From: Aquificaceae bacterium
GTDB taxonomy: Bacteria; Aquificota; Aquificia; Aquificales; Aquificaceae
DNA: 64,000 bases
Assembly (NCBI GenBank): GCA_037925075.1
Contig: JAXSNR010000001.1
Location: 768,001 to 832,000 of the forward strand
Reading direction: 5' to 3'
Shown one piece after another: positions 29,507 to 39,615 of this stretch. Made by a program: the position numbers and the translations under genes. Positions within the stretch are counted from its first letter, which is position 1, and every line of letters begins with the position of its first letter. Under the pieces are notes generated by a model. That model searched no databases, had not been told where the DNA came from, and saw nothing but the letters and a program-made list of their open reading frames with translations.

Positions 29507-30711
29507 TTAGAAGCATTATAAAGAGGGCTAAGCCCGAAGTAAAGAAGAGAACCCTTAAGTATAGAGTAGAAGAGAAGAAGGCTGAGAAATAGATGTATGA
29601 GTATGGGAAGGAGTTCAAGCTTAGTTATGGGTAGCGAATACAGGCTAAGGGATAGAAGAATGCTCAGGACAAGGCAGGACTTTATCAGCCTCTGGTCTAT
29701 AACCTCAGACATAAGGGGAATGTGAGAAGACCCTTCACTGCTTAGGTGAAACCAGACAAGAAAGGGAATGATCCTAAACATCATACCCATTATGAGGGTT
29801 GAAAAGAAAAGGCCAAAGGCGATCAAAAAGGGCACTTCAAAACCATAAAAGATGAAAAGCAACATGGCTAAAAGGAGGTTGGCATGGGAAACATACCAAA
29901 AGTAGAGGCTCTTTTCCGCAACTTTTCTCCTTCTTGTAAAAAGCCTGTGTAAGGTCAGAAGTGCATGAAACATTACAAGCACGGTAAGGGGAAGCCTTGA
30001 GATTTTAAACTCCAAAAGACCTATAAAAAGGGTTGGGATCAAAAGGTAGGGAAAATTAAAGGCATAAAAAGGGGGATAAGGCTTTGTTACAAAGAACATC
30101 TCCACAACCTGAAAGGAAACACTTGCCACAAGGGAAAAGACCCAACCAAAAAGCATGAGGAGCATATGCGTCCTTAAGAGATATCCCGTGTGGGGAATAT
30201 AGCCGGCGTAAGACAAAACTACAAGAAATCCAAAAAAGGCACCAAGAAGAAGGAAAAAGAGGGCAAACTTCATCCCTTTTGAGGTGGGTGTATAGCTTTT
30301 GATTTTTAAAAGCTTGCTAAGCATAAGAAGGCTTGTGTAGAGAATGGCCACAAGGAGCAAAAGGGCACCAAAAAGAAGAAGATAAAGGTCCTTCAGGTAA
30401 AAGCCCAGTATAAAGGGTATATAGCCAAGGAGCATGAGGATCCACGACAGTAAAGCCTTTTCCTTTGGCTTGTCTATAACCGCACCCGCCACAACGGGTA
30501 GCATCTGAAAGAGGGCACCAAACATGGTAAACAGGGCAAAGCCAAGGGTTGTTATGTGAACGAAAAGGGGAAGACTGAGCCTATCTGTAAAGAAGGCAAC
30601 CAGTTCAACCAGAGAGCCTAAAAACCACAAAAAGCAGGCGGTTATGAAAAAACCAGATACAACAATAAAGGGGGGAGCCTGTAGCAGAGAGAGCCCTCTT
30701 GGAAGGTTCAT
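29503..30711 (-). CDS. Polytopic membrane protein, NnrS/heme-copper-oxidase-fold-like
   Basis: About 12 TM; repeated HxxxLG...Q motifs (HITTLGF..GALFQMLPV; HMLLMLFGW..FQVVEMF); RIIPFLVWFH; coupled to a hemerythrin gene. Confidence 0.6.
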   Translation of the reverse strand: MNLPRGLSLLQAPPFIVVSGFFITACFLWFLGSLVELVAFFTDRLSLPLFVHITTLGFALFTMFGALFQMLPVVAGAVIDKPKEKALLSWILMLLGYIPFILGFYLKDLYLLLFGALLLLVAILYTSLLMLSKLLKIKSYTPTSKGMKFALFFLLLGAFFGFLVVLSYAGYIPHTGYLLRTHMLLMLFGWVFSLVASVSFQVVEMFFVTKPYPPFYAFNFPYLLIPTLFIGLLEFKISRLPLTVLVMFHALLTLHRLFTRRRKVAEKSLYFWYVSHANLLLAMLLFIFYGFEVPFLIAFGLFFSTLIMGMMFRIIPFLVWFHLSSEGSSHIPLMSEVIDQRLIKSCLVLSILLSLSLYSLPITKLELLPILIHLFLSLLLFYSILKGSLLYFGLSPLYNASK

Positions 30712-31136
30712 AGGGCTTCCATCTTCTGAATCACCTCTGATGGGTCAAGATGCTGGTCACACATGGGATAGAGTATCTGCTCTTCCTTCATGTTGTGCTG
30801 TTGAATCAGGATCATAAAGGTTTCTCCCGTGGATAGAAGGGTTTTCTTATCCCTCCTTTCCAAAGCCTGTTCCATCCTCTGTATAAGCTCTCTTGCCTGA
30901 GCATGCTCCATCCTCATGACCTGCGTAGGTCCCATGACAATGCCCGTCCTTCCCTCAAACTCAGGGAATAGCACATCCTCCTCTCTTTGGAAGTGTTTGA
31001 GGGTCTCAGTTTTAAAGCTCTCAAAAGCCTTCTTTGCTTCCTCCCAGTTTTCCGCACTTACAAGCTCTTCCATCTTTGCGTAGAGCTCATCACATTCTCT
31101 ATGCTCCTCTGTCAAATATTCGGTGATGGTAAACAT
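30708..31136 (-). CDS. Hemerythrin (HHE) domain protein
   Basis: EHRECD, KHFQREEDVLFP, GPTQVMRMEH, QHNMKEEQILYPM. Confidence 0.9.
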   Translation of the reverse strand: MFTITEYLTEEHRECDELYAKMEELVSAENWEEAKKAFESFKTETLKHFQREEDVLFPEFEGRTGIVMGPTQVMRMEHAQARELIQRMEQALERRDKKTLLSTGETFMILIQQHNMKEEQILYPMCDQHLDPSEVIQKMEAL

Positions 31137-31210
31137 GCATGACCTCCTTTCCGTGATAGTATATATATACTTACTTTCCTTGTCCCTGTCAAGGTCTAAA
31201 TTAAAATGAA

Positions 31211-32443
31211 ATGAAGGTCTCCCTTATAACCCTTGGATGCAGGAGCAATACCTTTGATACTGAGCTGATGGCAAACCGCTTTATGTCAAAGGGGTATGAG
31301 CTTGCGGGTGATGAAGAGCTGGCGGACATTTACATAATAAACACCTGCAGCGTTACATCAGAGGCGGACAGGTCTTCCCGTCAGGCAATCCACAGGGCAA
31401 AAAGAAAAAACCCAAGGGCGGTGGTGGTGGCAACTGGATGCTACGCACAGGTAAACCCAGAGGCACTAACAAGCATGCGGGATGTGGATATAGTGGTAGG
31501 AAACTCTCACAAGCACAGAATAGTGGAAGTGGTTGAGGAGTTTCTACAAAGCAGGGGAAAGAACCTCTTTGTGGATAACATATTCCGCCAGTCAAGGTTG
31601 GAGAGCTTTGACCTTATAACCTTTTTTGAAAAGGCAAGACCCTTTATAAAGGTTCAGGAAGGGTGCAACCGCTTTTGTACCTTTTGCGTAATACCCTATG
31701 CAAGAGGGAAGGTCAGGAGCGTCCCCTCTCAGAAGGTAATAAAAGAAGTAGAGCTTTTGGCACAAAAGGGCTTCCAAGAGATTGTGCTAACAGGCACACA
31801 GCTTACACAGTATGGCTGGGACATGGACACAAACCTTTATGAGCTTCTGAGGGAGCTTATAAAGATCAAGGGCATTGAGCTTATAAGACTTTCCTCCATG
31901 TACCCTTCTGAGATAGATGGAGAGCTTTTAGACCTCATAACCTCAGAAGAGAAGATTGCACCCCATTTTCACCTTTCACTTCAGAGCGGTTCCGACAGAA
32001 TTCTAAACCTTATGGAGAGAGAATACACAGTAGGCGATTATACAAGGATCGTGGAAAAAATTGTACACAAAAGACCCATATCCGCCATAGGCACAGACAT
32101 CCTAGTGGGCTTTCCCACCGAAAGGGAAGAGGACTTTGACCAGACATACAGACTTTTGAAAGAGCTACCCATAGCCTACATGCACATATTCCCATATTCA
32201 AACAGACCCTTCACAAAGGCAAGCAAAATAAAAGAGGTGGTACCTTCTCATATAAAGGAGGAAAGGGCAAAAGCCTTGAGAGAAGTAGATAGAGAAAAAA
32301 GGCAAGAATTTTATCACAGAAACAAGGGCAAGAGCCTAAGGGCAACCATCATAGAAAAAAACAGGCTTCTCACCGAAAATTACATAGATGTGGAAAGAAA
32401 CATGGAGGGCGGTGTGGGAAAAGTGGTCAGAATAGAGCTTTAG
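31211..32443 (+). CDS. mtaB: tRNA t6A37 methylthiotransferase
   Basis: TLGCRSN, INTCSVT, TGCYAQ, KVQEGCNRFCTFCVIP, HFHLSLQSGSD. Confidence 0.9.
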   Translation: MKVSLITLGCRSNTFDTELMANRFMSKGYELAGDEELADIYIINTCSVTSEADRSSRQAIHRAKRKNPRAVVVATGCYAQVNPEALTSMRDVDIVVGNSHKHRIVEVVEEFLQSRGKNLFVDNIFRQSRLESFDLITFFEKARPFIKVQEGCNRFCTFCVIPYARGKVRSVPSQKVIKEVELLAQKGFQEIVLTGTQLTQYGWDMDTNLYELLRELIKIKGIELIRLSSMYPSEIDGELLDLITSEEKIAPHFHLSLQSGSDRILNLMEREYTVGDYTRIVEKIVHKRPISAIGTDILVGFPTEREEDFDQTYRLLKELPIAYMHIFPYSNRPFTKASKIKEVVPSHIKEERAKALREVDREKRQEFYHRNKGKSLRATIIEKNRLLTENYIDVERNMEGGVGKVVRIEL

Positions 32444-32455
32444 TGAGGTAAAGCC

Positions 32456-33067
32456 ATGGTTAAAAACCTATACCTTCTACGCCATGCCCAAAGTGAGTAC
32501 AACGAGAAGGGAATCTTTCAGGGAAGGTTGGACAGCGACCTTACTCCCCTTGGCTTTGTTCAGGCGAGACTTGTGGCTCAGGAGCTTGCGGATAAAAACA
32601 TAGAAATCATATACTCTTCCCCTCAGAGAAGAGCTTATAAGACTGCCCTTGTGGTGGGGGACCTTCTCGGGCTTGATGTCTTGGTGGATGAACGTATAAG
32701 AGAGATGTCCTTTGGAGATTACGAAGGGAAACACTTTTGGACTTTGATGGAAGAGGAGGGAGAACTTCTCAGGGCTTGGCTTTCAAACCCGCTCAAGAAC
32801 CCACTACCCACCCAAGAGGATATGGAAAGCTTCAAAAACCGAGTGGAAAGCTTTTTAAAGTACATAAGCGAAGAAAAGTACAGAGAAATACTCATAGTAG
32901 CACACGGTGGAACTCTTCATGCGATCACATGCTTAGCCCTTGGTCTGGGGCTTGAAAACCTATGGAACATACACATGGACAACACTGGGATAACCCATTT
33001 AAGGTATAGCCATGGGAAGTTTGAACTAATGCACCTCAACAGGCTCTGTCATACGAAAGGTCTCTGA
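32456..33067 (+). CDS. pspB: Histidine phosphatase family protein, PspB-type subunit of the metal-independent phosphoserine phosphatase
   Basis: RHAQSEYNEKGIFQGRLDSDLTPLGFVQARL, EMSFG, AHGGT and LNRLCH match recalled Hydrogenobacter PspB; 203 aa. Confidence 0.8.
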   Translation: MVKNLYLLRHAQSEYNEKGIFQGRLDSDLTPLGFVQARLVAQELADKNIEIIYSSPQRRAYKTALVVGDLLGLDVLVDERIREMSFGDYEGKHFWTLMEEEGELLRAWLSNPLKNPLPTQEDMESFKNRVESFLKYISEEKYREILIVAHGGTLHAITCLALGLGLENLWNIHMDNTGITHLRYSHGKFELMHLNRLCHTKGL

Positions 33068-33464
33068 TGAGATCCTCACAGTCTAAAAACTCAAAGGCTC
33101 TACCTTCTTCCACAATCTCTATTTTTATGGTGCAAGTGCATATGTTTAGGCCCTCTCCCCACTCTACCACAAGAACACCCTTGTCCACAAACTCCTCAAG
33201 GTCCAAATCCTTAACTCTGTAAAGGTCTGCGTGTATGAGGAGACCCTTTTTCGTGGGATACTGATTTACCAAAGTAAAGGTAGGGCTACGCACCTGATAG
33301 CCCTCAAGCAAACCCATACCCCTTGCTATGCCCTTCACCAGTGTAGTCTTTCCCGCACCAAGCTCACCCAAAAGACAGATAACTTCTCCACCTTTTAGGT
33401 TCTTACCTATAAGCTCTCCAATCCTAAGGGTCTCCTCTTCTGAACTGGAAAATGTACGCACCAA
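33036..33464 (-). CDS. tsaE: tRNA threonylcarbamoyladenosine biosynthesis ATPase
   Basis: GELGAGKTT, VRSPTFTL, HADLYR, VEWGE; start TTG 33464 or GTG 33461. Confidence 0.92.
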   Translation of the reverse strand: MVRTFSSSEEETLRIGELIGKNLKGGEVICLLGELGAGKTTLVKGIARGMGLLEGYQVRSPTFTLVNQYPTKKGLLIHADLYRVKDLDLEEFVDKGVLVVEWGEGLNICTCTIKIEIVEEGRAFEFLDCEDLIRDLSYDRAC

Positions 33465-33482
33465 TGCTATATTATAAAGACT

Positions 33483-33950
33483 ATGGAATTTTACTTCTTT
33501 CCCGATGTTTACGCGGACAGGTATCTCATAGACGCTTACATAATATCCTTCAAGCTCAAAGACAAGAGCTGTGTAAGGACAAGGGAATGGGAGAGTAGAG
33601 AGTACGTGACCGAGATAACCGATTGGGAAACCTTTAAGAAAAGTGTCCATGAGATAGTGCTCTACGAATATGGTGATGAGGTGGCAAGGTTTTCAGATAT
33701 AGAAACAGCACTTTCTGAGGCATACAAAATGGCATGTCTTGAAGCTTCAAGACGTTCACCCAAGGTTATAGAACCAGCGCTCGGAATAGGCAATCCACCC
33801 TTGGAGGTGGTGGAAAGGGTTTTCCCTCTTAGCTTTAAAAAGGAAGCTTTTCCCAAAGACCTTGACAAATTTTTGGAGGACCTTATAAGAAACCTTGAGA
33901 TAGAGACCATAGAGTGGGAGAAGGCAGACGATGACGAGGCACCTTTCTGA
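33483..33950 (+). CDS. Hypothetical protein
   Basis: 155-aa ORF with native codon usage, TATTAT 7 nt upstream, overlaps hslU start. Confidence 0.7.
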   Translation: MEFYFFPDVYADRYLIDAYIISFKLKDKSCVRTREWESREYVTEITDWETFKKSVHEIVLYEYGDEVARFSDIETALSEAYKMACLEASRRSPKVIEPALGIGNPPLEVVERVFPLSFKKEAFPKDLDKFLEDLIRNLEIETIEWEKADDDEAPF

Positions 33951-35277
33951 CCTCCTTGAGGAGCTTACCCCTAAGAGAATAGTGGAGGAGCTTGACAGGT
34001 ATATTGTGGGGCAGGAAAGTGCCAAAAAGGCGGTTGCCATAGCCCTTAGAAACAGATGGAGAAGGCAGAAATTACCAGAGCATATAAGAGATGAAGTGGC
34101 ACCCAAAAACCTTCTTATGATAGGACCCACTGGAGTTGGAAAAACGGAGATCGCACGCAGGATAGCACAGCTTATAAAGGCGCCCTTTGTTAAGGTGGAA
34201 GCAACCAAATATACGGAGATAGGCTATGTGGGAAGGGACGTAGAATCTATGGTGAGAGAGCTCGTGGAAGTTTCTTATCAGATGGTAAAGCAGGAAAAGA
34301 TGCAAGAGGTCCGAGAGAGGGCAAAAAGGCTTGCGGAAGAAAGGCTTCTTGACCATATTGTCCCCCAACAGCTAAGCTTTGGCATAAGAAGCCCGCAGGA
34401 TGCAAGCAAGAGGGAGGAGTTCAGGGAAAAGTTAAGAAGGGGTGAGTTAGAAGACAAGGTCATAGAGGTTGAGGTTCAGGAGAAGTTTGCACCAGTGATA
34501 GGAATAGCTGGACCTCCCGGTCTTGAAGAGCTTGAGGAACAGCTTAGGAACATGCTCGGTGGTCTAGGTGGTGGCAAGAGGAGGAGAAAGCTGAAGGTGA
34601 GAGAGGCACTTCAAGCTTTTGAGTCGGAGGAAGCGGAAAAGCTCATAGACCAGGAGGAGGTGGCAAGAGAAGCCATAAGCAGGGCGGAGAACTTTGGAAT
34701 AATCTTCATAGACGAGATAGACAAGATCGCTGTAAAAACCCCGGGGGCAGGACCTGGAGTGTCAAGGGAAGGAGTACAAAGGGACCTTCTGCCCATAGTG
34801 GAGGGAACTGTGGTAAAAACCAAATACGGACCCATAAGAACAGATCATATTCTCTTCATCGCGGCAGGCGCCTTTCATATATCCAAGCCTTCTGACCTCA
34901 TGCCGGAGCTTCAGGGAAGGTTTCCCATAAGGGTTGAACTAAGCCCTCTCACAAGAGAAGATTTTGTGAGAATACTTAAGGAGCCAAAAAACGCCCTCAC
35001 TGTGCAGTACATGGAGCTTCTGAAAACGGAAGGGGTTGAACTTGAATTCACCGAAGACGCCCTTGAGGAAATAGCGCGTATTGCAGAGGAAGCTAACAAT
35101 CGTACGGAAAACATAGGAGCCAGAAGACTTCATACTATAATGGAAAAACTCCTTGAGGATATATCCTTCAACGCACCTGAACTAACAGGACAGAGGATCA
35201 TCATAGACGCAAGGTTTGTAAAGGCCAAGCTTGAAGGCATAGTAAAGGACGTGGAGCTTTCCAAATACATACTATGA
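33931..35277 (+). CDS. hslU: ATP-dependent protease ATPase subunit HslU
   Basis: [51 protein letters not shown]. Confidence 0.97.
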   Translation: MTRHLSDLLEELTPKRIVEELDRYIVGQESAKKAVAIALRNRWRRQKLPEHIRDEVAPKNLLMIGPTGVGKTEIARRIAQLIKAPFVKVEATKYTEIGYVGRDVESMVRELVEVSYQMVKQEKMQEVRERAKRLAEERLLDHIVPQQLSFGIRSPQDASKREEFREKLRRGELEDKVIEVEVQEKFAPVIGIAGPPGLEELEEQLRNMLGGLGGGKRRRKLKVREALQAFESEEAEKLIDQEEVAREAISRAENFGIIFIDEIDKIAVKTPGAGPGVSREGVQRDLLPIVEGTVVKTKYGPIRTDHILFIAAGAFHISKPSDLMPELQGRFPIRVELSPLTREDFVRILKEPKNALTVQYMELLKTEGVELEFTEDALEEIARIAEEANNRTENIGARRLHTIMEKLLEDISFNAPELTGQRIIIDARFVKAKLEGIVKDVELSKYIL

Positions 35278-35717
35278 AGGACATACTGGAAAGGATAGAA
35301 GAGCTCCTATCCCTTCAGGAAAAGCTGGTAAATCTTCTACTTATCTCTGGCTCTCAAAAGGCAAGACTGAGCGTAAATACCGCCCTTGATGTTCTTTACT
35401 ACAATGTTGAGCTTCTTGACATGATAGAGGAGCTACTTACCTCTCCAGAAGACTTGAGGGATGATTATGCGGTCAGTCTCATACTTGAAGCCCTGTCTTG
35501 GATGGTTTTCATAATACCCACAGTGGAGGAATTTTGCCCCATATTCCTACAAGGGCTTAATCAAAGGATAAGGTTCATACTTGGCTCCTTGGAAGAAGCA
35601 CAGAAAAAAAACGATTACTACCTATTGCTAAGCACCGCGGAGGAGGTTCACAGCCTTTCAGATCTTTTGAAGTATCAGATAATCCTTGCCCGTAGGGCAT
35701 ACATGAACTTAGCCTGA
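35274..35717 (+). CDS. Hypothetical alpha-helical protein
   Basis: 147-aa ORF coupled to hslU by ATGA overlap. Confidence 0.65.
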   Translation: MKDILERIEELLSLQEKLVNLLLISGSQKARLSVNTALDVLYYNVELLDMIEELLTSPEDLRDDYAVSLILEALSWMVFIIPTVEEFCPIFLQGLNQRIRFILGSLEEAQKKNDYYLLLSTAEEVHSLSDLLKYQIILARRAYMNLA

Positions 35718-35969
35718 GCCTCTTATTGCTCTTATAAACACAAGCACCTTTGCCACTGCCCTGTACAGCTCTGGAGGTATCTCTTCGTACACTTCCACCT
35801 TCATCAGTGCGGTAATTAGGGCTTTGTCCTCAAGGATAGGGACGCCGTGTTTTCTTGCAGTCTCTATTATTTTCTCCGCAAGCTCGCCAGCACCTTTTGC
35901 AACCACTACAGGTGCCTTATCCTTTCCTTCCTCGTACCTAACCGCCACAGCCTTCCTTTTCATGGTCAC
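35709..35969 (-). CDS. FlhB cytoplasmic-domain-like protein (EscU/YscU/HrcU family)
   Basis: KAVAVRY, APVVVAKG, EEIPPELYRAVAKVL. Confidence 0.88.
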   Translation of the reverse strand: MTMKRKAVAVRYEEGKDKAPVVVAKGAGELAEKIIETARKHGVPILEDKALITALMKVEVYEEIPPELYRAVAKVLVFIRAIRGSG

Positions 35970-37369
35970 ACCACCAAGAGAAAACCCTCACCGTAGGATG
36001 ACCTTATGGTGTCCAAAGCACGCTCCTTTGTGGCCACGCTTACAGAAAAGCCCATAAGTCTTATGTTTTCCTCTAAAAGCATCCTCTGAAGAATCTCTTT
36101 CTCAGACTTAATTTTTTCTGCAAGATTCTCCATATCCGTAAATAGCAAAACATCTAAGGAGTCTCCAGATTTGGGCATCTTCAAAAGACCGGCAACATAA
36201 CCATCTTCGTAATCAAGCCTAAACACCGCCGAATACTCCCGCCCACCCTTTAACATAAGCCCACCCTTGCCTCCTTGGTAGTATATAGGTATGTAGAAGG
36301 CTTCTCCCTGTTTGGCTAAGAGCCACTGTAGATGGTTTATAAATTCCAACCTGCTTAGAAGACTTTCCATATGCTCTGCCTTGCTTTTGTAAAACTCCAA
36401 GAGGCTACTACCCCTCTCCATGTATTCCTGAAAGCTCCTATAAACATTTCTTGCGTCCCTTTCCGAAGCTTCTACCACAAACCTAAAGAAATCCCTTACC
36501 GCGGGCTCTTGGGAGTCCTTGAGCCTTTCAAAGACCTCTCTGTATTTGCTGAGGATACCCCTCTCTGTGAGGTTCCACAGTGCCTTTAAAAAGGCGGGAG
36601 TATCCTTTGCCTCCATAGCCCTAAAAAGCTCTGCCTCCCCCATAGATTCAAGGAGTCTCAACAGTTTCATATACTCCTCATGGTCAAGGTCTTCAAAGAG
36701 TAAGGTCTTCAAAGAAGAGGCAACCAAGCCAAACTCTTCAACCTTCTGCTTGAGGATTTCAAGGAGTTTCCGTACACCCTCGGTATGTGGCTCGTATTCC
36801 ATCTTCAGCAAAGATGAAAGTTCTTGTGCGTAGGCAAGAAGGGACCTTGTAAGCTGTGCCTTTGTGTCCTTCAGGAGTTCTTCAGGCTTTAACCTTCCAA
36901 GAAGTAGTTCAATCAACTTTCTTTCATAAAAGAGGCCAGAGTTCTCCACATCTTCCATTAACCTCTCTGGACTTACGGAGGTGTAGAATTTTCTCTCGTC
37001 TTCAAACACAAGACCAAGGATATCCACCTCGTAGCCCTTCCTGTACAGGCCTGTTATCCTAAAGGTCATCGGGTTTCCTTCCTCTACCTTAAGTTCAAGA
37101 ACATCACCGGGAAGCAGTCTAAGAGAAGACCTGTTTTCAGCCTTGAGCTCAAAACCCCCCTTCAGCGTAAGGGTTAACAAATCTCCCTCAGAAGAGGACA
37201 CCTCCGCCTTTATTGTGCCTCCCCCGCCAGAGGAAAGCTCAAGAAGGACATCTGGAACTGTTGACAGTACCTTTATCCTGAACTCTTCTCCAGTTTTCTG
37301 GGCTTGAGAAGCTTTTGATTGGTCAATGGCATGCTGTAGAAGAATACCCTCTATCCTTCTTATCTCCAT
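35966..37369 (-). CDS. FliK-like (hook-length control/YlqG-like) protein
   Basis: VENSGLFYERKL motif, C-terminal FliK_C-like beta/alpha pattern, adjacent to FlhB-like gene; start uncertain. Confidence 0.55.
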   Translation of the reverse strand: MEIRRIEGILLQHAIDQSKASQAQKTGEEFRIKVLSTVPDVLLELSSGGGGTIKAEVSSSEGDLLTLTLKGGFELKAENRSSLRLLPGDVLELKVEEGNPMTFRITGLYRKGYEVDILGLVFEDERKFYTSVSPERLMEDVENSGLFYERKLIELLLGRLKPEELLKDTKAQLTRSLLAYAQELSSLLKMEYEPHTEGVRKLLEILKQKVEEFGLVASSLKTLLFEDLDHEEYMKLLRLLESMGEAELFRAMEAKDTPAFLKALWNLTERGILSKYREVFERLKDSQEPAVRDFFRFVVEASERDARNVYRSFQEYMERGSSLLEFYKSKAEHMESLLSRLEFINHLQWLLAKQGEAFYIPIYYQGGKGGLMLKGGREYSAVFRLDYEDGYVAGLLKMPKSGDSLDVLLFTDMENLAEKIKSEKEILQRMLLEENIRLMGFSVSVATKERALDTIRSSYGEGFLLVV

Positions 37370-37373
37370 AGGG

Positions 37374-38237
37374 TTAAATATCGTCCATAAGGGCAAGGGC
37401 TAAAGCCCCGCGTGCCATACAGTACTCCGCACAAGAAGAGAAGTTAAGACTAAGGCAATCTGCGGGCAGGCCCTCACAAAGGTTTTTCAGCTCCATCTCA
37501 AGGTTGCCAAGAAGGTCCCTCATGGCATCAATAAGACCACCCCCAAGCACCACCCTGTCTGGGTTGATTATGTGGATGGCGTTCATAAGACCCGCAAGCA
37601 GGAAGCTTTTAAAATCAAGTACAGCCTTTAGGGCAATCTCTTCTCCCCCTTTTGCCTTCTGGATTATCTGATAGTCTCTTAGGTGGTAGCCTGAGAGGTT
37701 TTTGTAAAGCCTCTCAAGACCATAAGAGGAGCAGTAAGCCTCCCAACATCCCAACCTTCCACAGCTACATCTATCCCCCCCGAGAAGTATGGTGTGGTGT
37801 CCCAGCTCAAGGGCACTTCCACAGGCACCCAGAAAGGGCTTGCCGTCAAATACAAGCCCCGCACCAAGACCTGTGCCCACCGCAACAAAGAGAAGAACCT
37901 TGCTTTCCCTGTGTTCGTAAAACCACTCCCCATAAGCCCCCGCAGAAACATCGTTAACCACCTTGATCTTTAAACCCTTCAAAAGTTCTTTAAGGTTGAC
38001 ACCATCAAGGGCTGGTATGTTGGGAGATTTATAAACTTTGCCTTCTAAGGATGTAAAACCTGCCACCGCAACACCCACAGAGGATGGGTTGCCCTCAAGG
38101 GCTATCTCTCTTATCCTTTTTAAAAAGGTCTCTCTGTCCTTGGATATATCTTTTATGTAGTACTTTTCCCTCCTGCCGTCTTCCCAGTAGACCTTTACAA
38201 AGCTACCCCCTATGTCAACTCCCTTTCTCATACTCAA
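37374..38237 (-). CDS. ROK-family sugar kinase (glucokinase-like)
   Basis: GVDIGGS, NDVSAGA, GTGLGAG, ELGH, CSCGRLGCWEAY. Confidence 0.9.
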   Translation of the reverse strand: MSMRKGVDIGGSFVKVYWEDGRREKYYIKDISKDRETFLKRIREIALEGNPSSVGVAVAGFTSLEGKVYKSPNIPALDGVNLKELLKGLKIKVVNDVSAGAYGEWFYEHRESKVLLFVAVGTGLGAGLVFDGKPFLGACGSALELGHHTILLGGDRCSCGRLGCWEAYCSSYGLERLYKNLSGYHLRDYQIIQKAKGGEEIALKAVLDFKSFLLAGLMNAIHIINPDRVVLGGGLIDAMRDLLGNLEMELKNLCEGLPADCLSLNFSSCAEYCMARGALALALMDDI

Positions 38238-38667
38238 GCCTTTCTATTCTTATGCTCTTGTCTTCCCTTTTGAAGTGCAACTTTACAGAAACAAGCCTTC
38301 TGGTAATACCTTTTTCTTTTTTTGTTAGCACCACCATAAGCAGACCATCTTGCAAAAGCCTTTCTTCAACCATAGCTTCTGGGTATGCCTTCCTGTAAGA
38401 CTGGCAGGTTTTAACAAGCCCATCCACACCACCCATTTCCCTCAGAAGACCTTCGGACATAAGGCCCAAAAGATCTTCTGCCCTTTCCCTTTTGCATTCT
38501 TCAAGTCCAAGTAAAAAACTGTAAAAAGACCTCACTTCTTCTGTTCCCCCTCTTCTTTCTTCCACATACTGTAGGAATATAATGAGTGCGGTTATAAAGG
38601 GATATGAAACGCCAAGAAGTATGAAAAAGCCTATAACAAGGTCCTCCTTGCTGTAGCTCAGCTTCAT
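38215..38667 (-). CDS. Hypothetical single-TM protein
   Basis: N-terminal TM; ATGA coupling to corA stop. Confidence 0.6.
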   Translation of the reverse strand: MKLSYSKEDLVIGFFILLGVSYPFITALIIFLQYVEERRGGTEEVRSFYSFLLGLEECKRERAEDLLGLMSEGLLREMGGVDGLVKTCQSYRKAYPEAMVEERLLQDGLLMVVLTKKEKGITRRLVSVKLHFKREDKSIRIERLEYEKGS

Positions 38668-39605
38668 AACCAACCCTTTTTTCTCACCCAGTATATGAGG
38701 GACAAGGTCACTGCCACCATAAGGAGCAGAGAATAAGGGTAGCCATACTTCCAGTGTAGTTCTGGCATGTGCTCAAAGTTCATACCGAAGATGCTGGCTA
38801 TGAGGGTGGCAGGGAGGAATATGGTGGCAAGCACAGTAAAAACCTTTACCGCCTCGTTCTGTTTTATGGATATGAGCCCCAAGAGGGAGTTTTGTATGCT
38901 GTCCAGTTTGTCCATGTAAAAGCTTGTGTAGTCAAGGAGCGTATGAAGGTCATCAAGGGCGATCTTTATCTCCCTCTTTGTCTGTGCGTTTATCTTTGGG
39001 CTTTTCACAAAGTGGCTCAAAATTCTCAGCTTTTCGTTTATGGTTTCCCTTATGGTTATGTTAAGCTCATCGTAGTAAGATATATCTCTTATGATCTCCT
39101 CAGATTGCTCTACAAAGACCTCCTTTCTGAGATTTCTTATCCGTCTTCCCAATATCTCAAGCCTATCGCCGATTCTGTCCACTTCTATGCTCACTATCTG
39201 TGAAAATATGGCTTCTGGAAACTGGAAGTTGATGGGGCTTTGTTCCATCCTTTTGATAAATATCAGCATACTGGGTATGTCTCTGTATCGTATGCTTACC
39301 ATGTATCTACCCTTTAGAAAAAAGAGTACTGGTTCAACGCTTATGTCTTCCTTTTGCTGTATCACAAAGGAAAGGTTCATGTATATGGCCTCTCCCTCCT
39401 CCTTGTATTTACTGCTTATCTCAATGTCTCCAAAGACCTCTCTAGGAGGCATATGAAAGCCTATGGCACTTTTGAGCCAATCAATCTCCGCATCGCTTGG
39501 CTTTTCCACATCAAGCCAGACAACGGATTCCTTCCTTATGTCTCCAAACTGGTCAAGTCCAAGCTTTTTAAAAACCCCTCCGTAGCTGGCGTATACATGG
39601 ATCAT
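38664..39605 (-). CDS. corA: Magnesium/cobalt transporter CorA
   Basis: FLPATLIASIFGMNFEHMPELHWKYGY signature; ATG 39605. Confidence 0.93.
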   Translation of the reverse strand: MIHVYASYGGVFKKLGLDQFGDIRKESVVWLDVEKPSDAEIDWLKSAIGFHMPPREVFGDIEISSKYKEEGEAIYMNLSFVIQQKEDISVEPVLFFLKGRYMVSIRYRDIPSMLIFIKRMEQSPINFQFPEAIFSQIVSIEVDRIGDRLEILGRRIRNLRKEVFVEQSEEIIRDISYYDELNITIRETINEKLRILSHFVKSPKINAQTKREIKIALDDLHTLLDYTSFYMDKLDSIQNSLLGLISIKQNEAVKVFTVLATIFLPATLIASIFGMNFEHMPELHWKYGYPYSLLLMVAVTLSLIYWVRKKGWL

Positions 39606-39615
39606 CAAAGATATT

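Noticed and set aside
31178..31194. Canonical FNR box upstream of hemerythrin
   Set aside because: TTG-N7-CAA spans 13 bp rather than the 14-bp TTGAT-N4-ATCAA; kept only as an unassigned inverted repeat
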